Shown: positions 56,509-64,000 of the stretch, piece by piece | How positions within the stretch are numbered: the stretch's first letter is position 1 | Layout: every line of letters begins with the position of its first letter | Source: a virus | DNA: 64,000 bases | Reading direction: 5' to 3' (one strand) | IMG/VR virus record: IMGVR_UViG_3300032241_000811 | Location: 45,581 to 109,580 of that record | Made by a program: the position numbers and the translations under genes | The notes under the pieces: model-generated | Seen by the model: only the letters and a program-made list of their open reading frames with translations | Databases searched by the model: none | What the model was told of the DNA's origin: nothing

Positions 56509-57375
56509 TTATGGCATCCCAAATGGATTAATATCTGAGAGGTCTATAAATGCTTCAGCCTCAGTCTGAATATCTCTGTTATCGTTTTCGTCAAACTTCA
56601 CATTATCAGCAATTTGGTCTGTGGTGGAAATTGTATAGACTGCATTTGCACCAACAACATTCTGTGATGCTATAAACTCACCATTGACATTGATGACTTG
56701 CAGCATCTTGGTCGATGGCTGCCAATCCTTGACAAGCCCTGTTGCTGTAGCCGTAAGCAAGTCAGAACCCTGATAGACAACTTCACCTTGTGAGAAGTTT
56801 CCACTACCAGGACCCATATTCAAGTCAACAGCATAAGCAGAATCAAACTGAACAGCATCAACTTCACTGACACCTGTTTCAATGTTTTCATTGCTGTAGC
56901 GGAAGACTTCAGCACGGAGTTCATAGACATAAGGGGTTCTATTGCCCAGAGCCTTGAACATCAGTTCATATTCAACATACTTGATTTCAAAAATCTTTTG
57001 CAGAACAGGTACATAAATCAGATCGCCTTCACGCGGTCTGCTTGCGATTGATGTTGGCACATATTTTTCAAATGTTCTACGCGCAACAATGAGATTGGTT
57101 GTCTTGCGAATTTCAAGCCCGAACTTTGAGAAGAAATCACCATCGCCTTCGTACCCTTCCACATTGGCCAGGTACGAATCCAGAGTATATGCTCTCTTGA
57201 ACACATCATTAGGGCTTTCACCGAGTAATGGATCGCGCTTGTCAAATACTTCACGAGGAAGATACTGTATATTATGCCCCATGATCTGTATAGACTCCAC
57301 AAGGATATCCTCATATACTAGCTGATCTGGTGTTTTTCTTGCGCTGTAGTTCTCAAAGTAGACTGATGTGGGCAT
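56509..57375 (-). CDS. 14: Neck protein gp14
   Basis: ESIQIMG..YLPR, SKFGLEIR, RPREGDLIY, NPFG. Confidence 0.93.
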   Translation of the reverse strand: MPTSVYFENYSARKTPDQLVYEDILVESIQIMGHNIQYLPREVFDKRDPLLGESPNDVFKRAYTLDSYLANVEGYEGDGDFFSKFGLEIRKTTNLIVARRTFEKYVPTSIASRPREGDLIYVPVLQKIFEIKYVEYELMFKALGNRTPYVYELRAEVFRYSNENIETGVSEVDAVQFDSAYAVDLNMGPGSGNFSQGEVVYQGSDLLTATATGLVKDWQPSTKMLQVINVNGEFIASQNVVGANAVYTISTTDQIADNVKFDENDNRDIQTEAEAFIDLSDINPFGMP

Positions 57376-57378
57376 GGA

Positions 57379-58116
57379 TTATGAAGCTTTCTTCCAATAC
57401 CAAGTTCCATCTTCTCGGTATTGCTTTTTACGACCAATACAAGCAAGCCTTTGTTTTTCTCTTATTTCAGGATTTGACATCACATTATTTGTCCCTAAGT
57501 ATTTTTCTTTGTTATTCAGCTTACTTGCAGATAGTTTTTGTTTAGTCTCATCACTCATAGGGCCTCTCTTGACGCCTTTGTGTGAATTGGAAATTTTTCG
57601 TTTAGTTTCCTCGCTCATAGTAAATGAAGGCTTCTTATATCCTTCTGGTCTCTTTTGACATCTTTCTATATAATCATTTTTTTCATCTTCAGATAAACTT
57701 TCCCACCATTTTTTCATCCCTTGCTTTGTAGCATCCGATGTTTTTTGTTTCAGAGTAGGATCGTTTTTATATCTTTCTTTCATAATATCTGATATTCTCT
57801 TTCTATATTCTGGTGTTGCAACTCTACCAAAAGATCCTTCGCCTCCTTCTGTTTCATTATACCCTAATGATTTTGTATTGAGAGTTTTTATCCAATACAT
57901 TTCTCTATCATTTAGAGTATTCTTATCCAGATTGCCTTCCAAAAGATATACGCGAAAAGCATCTTCACCATATTTTTTCATTGCTTTATACAAATGGGTG
58001 GATGGATTTCGTCTTGCTAATCTTTTGTGCCCTTCAAAACGGCTATCAATACTTCCTTTTGTTTTGCCTACATACTTTTTTCCGTCAATTTTGTTTTCAA
58101 TACAATAGATGTTCAT
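57379..58116 (-). mobile_element. Free-standing GIY-YIG homing endonuclease with NUMOD3 repeats (Seg-like)
   Basis: NIYCIEN...KYVG, GYNETEGGEG, MSEETKRKIS repeats; AT-rich; between gp13 and gp14. Confidence 0.9.
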
Positions 58117-58140
58117 TTTAGTCCTCTTCGCTTACTATTG

Positions 58141-58148
58141 TATTTATA
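58141..58148 (-). promoter_or_regulatory. T4 late promoter TATAAATA (homing endonuclease)
   Basis: Exact consensus. Confidence 0.8.
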
Positions 58149-58177
58149 CTACATCCTGCTTAGATTATACTAGGGTA

Positions 58178-58918
58178 TCAACCTAAAATGAATTGCGGCG
58201 GCGCTTCAAATTCCAGCCTTATCTGTTCTTCAAGCTTTTCAATTTCTTGTGTTGCTTCATCATAGATTTGCTGCCCATTGAGTGTGATACCACCAGGTAG
58301 CTGCATACCACCAAACTTCTTTAGGTTGTTACCCCAAACCTTCTTGATGTTAGCTGTTGTCAGTCTTTTGAGCATTCTATCATTCCATACTTTGGGGTAA
58401 TCTTCTGGATCAATGATTGTAAAAGCATCTACCACAAGATATTCGCCGGGTGATACCATACCCCAGTCCATGTCAAGAAATAGCTTGTTGGTGTGTCTGT
58501 TGAATCTGACTGGCTGATCACCAGAGAAGAGCATGTCCAAAGTACGGATATGCTGCATTGTCAGCGCATAATTGACATAAGAGACTGAGGTGAAGTCATA
58601 GAGTTCGTGCAAGCGCAACTGATAGCGCAAGTCAAACATATTGATGGTTGCGCTGGTTGTTGATACTGGCCAGATGTTATTGACGCCAATGATATTGTCT
58701 GGGATTGGTATCCAGTTGTTTGTGATGTCTGTTTGTGTTAACAGATACTTCATATAGTATCTTTCGGTACCATCAAAGTGAAACTGCTGGAAATACTGAA
58801 GAGACAGGTCAACACAGTCATCAACCTGATCATCATCCACATTGATCTGAATAACGGGTGCGCCTAGTTGTCTTAGGCACCAGTCTTTATGGTCATCTCT
58901 TGTTGCTGGGATAGTCAT
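58178..58918 (-). CDS. 13: Neck protein gp13
   Basis: LRQLGAPVIQINV, WGNNLKKF.GMQLPGG. Confidence 0.95.
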   Translation of the reverse strand: MTIPATRDDHKDWCLRQLGAPVIQINVDDDQVDDCVDLSLQYFQQFHFDGTERYYMKYLLTQTDITNNWIPIPDNIIGVNNIWPVSTTSATINMFDLRYQLRLHELYDFTSVSYVNYALTMQHIRTLDMLFSGDQPVRFNRHTNKLFLDMDWGMVSPGEYLVVDAFTIIDPEDYPKVWNDRMLKRLTTANIKKVWGNNLKKFGGMQLPGGITLNGQQIYDEATQEIEKLEEQIRLEFEAPPQFILG

Positions 58919-58961
58919 TTGAACAATAATACCTCTTTATCTATATGGGTATTTATGTTTC

Positions 58962-60113
58962 TTATACACCACCGCGGTTTAGAAAATTATGTAGTAAAAC
59001 ACCTTTGGGGAAAGTCAGGCCTGAGTTATTGCGAATGACTTGCCCAACAGCAGCACTATAAGGTACAAAATGAATATCACCATTGGGTGCTAGGACACCA
59101 CCAATATAAGCAATAGATGTAGTATATACCAATGAATAAGTGGATACCACACCAGAAGCAGATATCTTTTGCCCAACAGGAGCACCATAAGGTACAAAAT
59201 GAATATCACCATTGGGTGCTAGGACACCACCAATATAAGCACCTGATGTATTAGTATAAACCAATGAATATGTTGATACAACACCAGAAGCAGATATCTT
59301 TTGCCCAACAGGAGCACCATAAGGTACAAAATGGATATCACCATTGGGGGCTAGGGCACCACCATTATAAGCACCTGATGTATTAGTATATACCAAAGAA
59401 TAAGTGGATACCACACCAGCGGCGGATATCTTTTGCCCGACAGCGGCAAATAAAGGTACAAAATGAATATCTCCATTTGGTGCTAGGGCACCGCCAACAT
59501 AAGCGGATGATGCATTAGTATATACCAATGAATAAGTGGATACCACACCAGACGCAGATATCTTTTGCCCTACTGCGGCACTTCTAGGTACAAAATGGAT
59601 ATCACCATTTGGTGCTAGGACACCACCATCATAACCGTAATTGTTTACTGTGTAAACCAAAGAATATGTGGATACCACACCAGACGCAGATATCTTTTGC
59701 CCAACAGCAGCATTAAAAGGTACAAAATGGATATCACCATTGGGGGCTAGGGCACCACCAACATAAGCACCTGATGTATTAGTATAAACCACAGAATATG
59801 TGGATACCACACCAGACGCAGATATCTTTTGCCCGACAGCGGCAAATATAGGTACAAAATGATTATCTCCATTGGGTGCTAGGACACCGCCAGCATAAGC
59901 GCCTGCTGCAGTATATACCAAAGAATATGTGCTGACAATTTCATTTGTGAACAGTCGCCCAGCCTGCACACCTTCATTTAGGAACTTCTGAAAATTGGTC
60001 CAGCCAGACAAGTCAGTGCCAATGGAGTTGTTATCTCCACTTGGCATAGTTCCTTGAAACTGGTTGACGAGTTCTGCATTGAAACTTGGTGCTATTTTTC
60101 GCGGTGTTGCCAT
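58962..60113 (-). CDS. 7-blade beta-propeller repeat protein 1
   Basis: Seven GG(V/A)LAPNGD.HFVP repeats. Confidence 0.8.
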   Translation of the reverse strand: MATPRKIAPSFNAELVNQFQGTMPSGDNNSIGTDLSGWTNFQKFLNEGVQAGRLFTNEIVSTYSLVYTAAGAYAGGVLAPNGDNHFVPIFAAVGQKISASGVVSTYSVVYTNTSGAYVGGALAPNGDIHFVPFNAAVGQKISASGVVSTYSLVYTVNNYGYDGGVLAPNGDIHFVPRSAAVGQKISASGVVSTYSLVYTNASSAYVGGALAPNGDIHFVPLFAAVGQKISAAGVVSTYSLVYTNTSGAYNGGALAPNGDIHFVPYGAPVGQKISASGVVSTYSLVYTNTSGAYIGGVLAPNGDIHFVPYGAPVGQKISASGVVSTYSLVYTTSIAYIGGVLAPNGDIHFVPYSAAVGQVIRNNSGLTFPKGVLLHNFLNRGGV

Positions 60114-62200
60114 TTGTGTGTTGCCTTATTATAACTTATTTAGCCACGGTGACATAGCAATTGCTGGGGCTAAAGGATGCCCCATAGTTGAGATTTTTTG
60201 CCTAACAGCAGCACTAAAAGGTACAAAATGAATATCTCCATTTGGTGCTAGGGCACCACCAATATAAGCGCCTGATGCATTAGTATAAACCAAAGAATAA
60301 GTGGATACCACACCAGACGCAGATATCTTTTGCCCTACTGCGGCTTGGTCAGGTACAAAATGGATATCACCATTTGGTGCTAGAACACCACCAACATAAG
60401 CAAGTGCTGATGTATATACCAATGAATATGTTGATACAACACCAGAAGCAGATATCTTTTGCCCAACAGCAGCACTATAAGGTACAAAATGGATATCACC
60501 ATTGGGTGCTAGGGCACCACCATTATAAGCGCTTGATGCATTAGTATATACCAAAGAATAAGTGGATACCACACCAGACGCAGATATCTTTTGCCCAACA
60601 GCAGCATAATAAGGTACAAAATGGATATCACCATTTGGTGCTAGGACACCGCCAGCATAAGCGCCTGATGCATTAGTATAAACCACAGAATATGTGGATA
60701 CAACACCAGCAGCGGATATCTTTTGCCCTACTGCGGCACTTCTAGGTACAAAATGGATATAACCATTGGGGGCTAGGACACCGCCAACATAAGCGGATGA
60801 TGCATTAGTATATACCAATGAATATGTGGATACCACACCAGTAGCAGCGGATATCTTTTGCCCTACTGCGGCATTGGCAGGAACAAAATGGATATCACCA
60901 TTGGGGGCTAGGGCACCACCAATATAAGCGCCTGATGCATTAGTATAAACCAAAGAATAAGTGGATACCACACCAGACGCAGATATCTTTTGCCCTACTG
61001 CGGCACTTCTAGGTACAAAATGAATATCACCATTTGGTGCTAGGACACCGCCAGCATAAGCGCCTGATGCAGTATATACCAAAGAATATGTACTCGTAAT
61101 ATCTGTGCTATACAGCTTACCAGCAGAAACGCTCTTTTGCAAAAGGTTTTGGAACTTATACCAAGCAGCAAGGTCTGTGCCAACGCTGCTGTTGTTTGCA
61201 GTCGGCAATGTACCCCAGCCAGTGTTTGCTGTTTCGTTCGCCCAAATCGGTGCTATGTTATGTGTGTTTGCTGTCATGTGTTATCTTTTATTGAAATACG
61301 GTGAGCAGCAGGTGCCAATATCAAATGGGCGTGCTGGAAAGGTATTAAGTATTGCTCCACCAGAGGCAAATTGATTGAAAATATAAATGCTACCATCAGG
61401 TGCCAATAATCCAGCATAGTAATTTCCGGAACCAGAATTAGTAAAAGTATATGTGGATACCACACCAGACGCAGATATCTTTTGCCCTACTGCGGCATAG
61501 TTAGGTACAAAATGAATATCTCCATTTGGTGCTAGGACACCACCAATATAACCGTAATTGTTTATTGTGTAAACCAAAGAATATGTGGATACAACACCAG
61601 TAATAGATACCTTTTGCCCGACAGCGGCAAATGTAGGTACAAAATGAATATCTCCATTTGGCGCTAGAACACCGCCACTGTAAGCAGTAGATGTAGTATA
61701 AACCACAGAATAAGTGGATACCACACCAGCGGCGGATATCTTTTGCCCAACAGCAGCACTATAAGGTACAAAATGAATATCACCATTTGGTGCTAGGGCA
61801 CCGCCAGAATAAGCGCCTGATGCATTAGTATAAACCACAGAATATGTGGATACCACACCAGACGCAGATATCTTTTGCCCAACAGCAGCATAATAAGGTA
61901 CAAAATGGATATCACCATTTGGTGCTAGGGCACCACCATTATAAGCGCTTGATGCATTAGTATATACCAATGAATAAGTGGATACCACACCAGACGCAGA
62001 TATCTTTTGCCCGACAGCGGCAAGTGTAGGTACAAAATGAATATCTCCATTTGGCGCTAGGACACCACCATTATAAGCACCTGATGCATTAGTATATACC
62101 AATGAATAAGTGGATACCACACCAGCAGCGGATATCTTTTGCCCTACAGGAGCATTTCTCGGAACAAAATGAATATCTCCATTTGGTGCTAAGACTCCTC
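59040..62200. repeat. About 20 near-identical 126-132-bp repeat units across three genes
   Basis: Recurring GATATCTTTTGCCC and GGTACAAAATG(A/G)ATATC blocks. Confidence 0.95.
60129..61277 (-). CDS. 7-blade beta-propeller repeat protein 2
   Basis: Seven repeats of same unit. Confidence 0.8.
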   Translation of the reverse strand: MTANTHNIAPIWANETANTGWGTLPTANNSSVGTDLAAWYKFQNLLQKSVSAGKLYSTDITSTYSLVYTASGAYAGGVLAPNGDIHFVPRSAAVGQKISASGVVSTYSLVYTNASGAYIGGALAPNGDIHFVPANAAVGQKISAATGVVSTYSLVYTNASSAYVGGVLAPNGYIHFVPRSAAVGQKISAAGVVSTYSVVYTNASGAYAGGVLAPNGDIHFVPYYAAVGQKISASGVVSTYSLVYTNASSAYNGGALAPNGDIHFVPYSAAVGQKISASGVVSTYSLVYTSALAYVGGVLAPNGDIHFVPDQAAVGQKISASGVVSTYSLVYTNASGAYIGGALAPNGDIHFVPFSAAVRQKISTMGHPLAPAIAMSPWLNKL

Positions 62201-62432
62201 CAGAGTATGCTTGTGTTGATGCAACAGTATATATAAGAGTAAACGTGCTGACAACATCGGTACTAAATGTTTTACCAGCAATAACAGAGAGGCTCATTAT
62301 GTCATGTAAGCCCTGCCAAACAGAAGGGTCTGTTGCTGCGGCACCATCGTCTGCAACAGGAATGACACCGCTGAGTGTTTCATAAAGGTCTGATTGACTT
62401 TGCGCTCCAAGAAAATGTGTATTTGAAAGCAT
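61281..62432 (-). CDS. 7-blade beta-propeller repeat protein 3
   Basis: Six repeats plus a degenerate seventh (GLLAPDGSIYIF). Confidence 0.8.
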   Translation of the reverse strand: MLSNTHFLGAQSQSDLYETLSGVIPVADDGAAATDPSVWQGLHDIMSLSVIAGKTFSTDVVSTFTLIYTVASTQAYSGGVLAPNGDIHFVPRNAPVGQKISAAGVVSTYSLVYTNASGAYNGGVLAPNGDIHFVPTLAAVGQKISASGVVSTYSLVYTNASSAYNGGALAPNGDIHFVPYYAAVGQKISASGVVSTYSVVYTNASGAYSGGALAPNGDIHFVPYSAAVGQKISAAGVVSTYSVVYTTSTAYSGGVLAPNGDIHFVPTFAAVGQKVSITGVVSTYSLVYTINNYGYIGGVLAPNGDIHFVPNYAAVGQKISASGVVSTYTFTNSGSGNYYAGLLAPDGSIYIFNQFASGGAILNTFPARPFDIGTCCSPYFNKR

Positions 62433-63559
62433 TACCCGACAACCATAAGTGTATATTGATTAGTGGAAGGCGCAACCACAAACTCCAACTGAATGGTATT
62501 TGCGCTGGTGTACTTGATATCAGGATAGACAAAGTATCCTGTTGACCATTCACGAACCGCAGGCATCACAAAAGTCTTATTCAAGCTGTGTGTGACATTG
62601 AAAGCATTTGCTGATGAGTTGCCCACGTTTGCTGTAAATGATGACAAACCACCAGTAGAGATAGCAACACCATTGACGAGAACAGAAGCAGCGTTGATCG
62701 AACCGGCAACATCAAGCTTATATGTTGGGGTGTCGTTACGCCCGATAGATACATTACCTGAGTTTGGATTGACAACAAAGTTTGCTGTATTGACATTGGC
62801 TTTTGTCAGTGTGCCAGAAGTTTGTTCTGAAAAGAGAATATATCTGACTGCGTTTACAGAATCAACATAGATATTTGTGTTGGAGTAAGTTGCTACAGTA
62901 TTAGCCCAACCATTAGAGGCAGCACCTACTGATTGAGCATAAGTGTTGGAGTAACCAAATACAGTATTAGCCCAACCATTAGCAGCAGCACCTACTGTTT
63001 GAGCATATGCGTTGGCACCACCACCAACAGATGTATCTCCATTGATGTATATGGTGTTATTACCAAATACACCACTTGCTGATACAGAGACCGATCCCGT
63101 ACCTAGAATAGAAAGGCTACCATTTGGGCTGGTGTTTGTTCCTACCACATACACATTGGTATTGAGTGGTGTAGATTGAGCATATATTTTGATAAACGCT
63201 GAATTTGCATTAGCATAGGCTAGATTAGCCACACCAAAAGCAGCACCAGCATTAGATTGGGCTCCATTAGCTTGAGTGAACGCGGCACCAATGGAGACAT
63301 TCAATGATGACCCAACATTCTGAATGTAAGGAACAACATTCAAACCTGCGACTATCATGCCAGTAGATATATTGGCTTGCCCAGCTACATCTAGTTTATA
63401 ACCAGGATTACTTGTGCCAATACCAAGATTACCGTTCTGGTCAATTCTTGCGACTTCTGATCCTGCTGTAGAGACAGTCATTGTATTGCCGCCATTGGCC
63501 CTGATAACCGTTGTCCCGGTTACATCTAAATGTATATTTGCGACTTTAAGAATAGCCAT
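62432..63559 (-). CDS. Fibre-type structural protein
   Basis: GNLGIGT..P.YKLDVAG repeats, Ala/Asn coiled coil, C-terminal THSLN domain. Confidence 0.75.
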   Translation of the reverse strand: MAILKVANIHLDVTGTTVIRANGGNTMTVSTAGSEVARIDQNGNLGIGTSNPGYKLDVAGQANISTGMIVAGLNVVPYIQNVGSSLNVSIGAAFTQANGAQSNAGAAFGVANLAYANANSAFIKIYAQSTPLNTNVYVVGTNTSPNGSLSILGTGSVSVSASGVFGNNTIYINGDTSVGGGANAYAQTVGAAANGWANTVFGYSNTYAQSVGAASNGWANTVATYSNTNIYVDSVNAVRYILFSEQTSGTLTKANVNTANFVVNPNSGNVSIGRNDTPTYKLDVAGSINAASVLVNGVAISTGGLSSFTANVGNSSANAFNVTHSLNKTFVMPAVREWSTGYFVYPDIKYTSANTIQLEFVVAPSTNQYTLMVVG

Positions 63560-63584
63560 ATTGTTTTATCCTGATCCTTTTATA

Positions 63585-63592
63585 TATTTATA
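63585..63592 (-). promoter_or_regulatory. T4 late promoter TATAAATA
   Basis: Exact consensus upstream of fibre gene and propeller genes. Confidence 0.8.
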
Positions 63593-63601
63593 AGCGTTTC
63601 T

Positions 63602-64000
63602 TTAGAACATTATAATATTGCCTGAAATAACAATATCACCATTGGCGAGTATCTGAGCAGCAGTACCAAAAGAAGCAATATTCGTAGAAGTGGAAATATT
63701 AGTGGTATTGACACCGCCTGTTACTGTTAAAGCACCTACTAATGTTCCTGTGCTATTGGCTAAAAACTTAGTATTAGAATAACCGAATACTGTGTTTGTC
63801 CAGCCGTTTGCAGCAGCCCCTACAGTCTGTGCATAGGTATTAGAATAACCAAAAACAGTATTGGTCCAACCATTAGATGCTGCTCCAACAGTCTGTGCAT
63901 AGGTATTAGAAGCAGACCAAGCTGTGTTAATGTATCCATTTGAGGCAGCCCCTACTGTTTGGGCATATGTATTAGAATAACCAAAAACAGTATTGGTCCA
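63602..64000 (-). CDS. Fibre-type protein, 3' end (partial) with 66-bp repeats
   Basis: YAQTVGAA(S/A)NGWTNTVFGYSNT repeats; stop at 63602. Confidence 0.75.
   Translation of the reverse strand, partial: WTNTVFGYSNTYAQTVGAASNGYINTAWSASNTYAQTVGAASNGWTNTVFGYSNTYAQTVGAAANGWTNTVFGYSNTKFLANSTGTLVGALTVTGGVNTTNISTSTNIASFGTAAQILANGDIVISGNIIMF

Noticed and set aside
59040-62200. CRISPR array
   Set aside because: Units are in-frame coding repeats with no unique spacers and no cas genes
1376-62870. Numerous plus-strand and nested ORFs in the track
   Set aside because: They lie antisense to or inside well-supported minus-strand genes and lack recognisable motifs
1-64000. tRNA genes, integrase or alternative genetic code
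   Set aside because: No cloverleaf seen in the short intergenic gaps, no recombinase ORF, and core genes are full length in the standard code

Overview
A 64-kb segment of a large T4-like (myovirus) phage genome, almost entirely coded on the minus strand. Read from high to low coordinates it holds fibre/adhesin genes (including three tandem 7-blade beta-propeller genes built from near-identical 42-44-aa repeats), neck/tail genes gp13-gp15, terminase gp16/gp17, sheath/tube gp18/gp19, portal gp20, an expanded set of prohead/internal proteins (one ADP-ribosyltransferase-like), gp21-gp23, gp3, uvsY/uvsW, gp55, gp47/gp46, a PLP-enzyme/glucosyltransferase-like/amino-methyltransferase cassette, a vWA-metallopeptidase plus MoxR-type ATPase pair, dNMP kinase, gp45/gp44/gp62/regA, a ~12-kb nucleotide-sugar/glycosyltransferase island (Gmd, Fcl/ColC, His-type ColD-like enzyme, GT10) interrupted by dUTPase, PAAR and Hsp20, small early genes and DNA polymerase gp43. 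Sigma70-type promoters (CTTGACA-N17-TATA[A/T/G/C]x) and T4 late promoters (TATAAATA and variants) are visible. Most notable: the recombining propeller array with hypervariable loops, the DNA-modification cassette, a possible GDP-colitose pathway, several structured RNA leaders (ROSE-like, H-type pseudoknot, orphan late-promoter hairpins), cargo proteins with capsid-targeting-like N-termini, and strong TTAA depletion. All calls are from motif recognition by eye; no searches were run.
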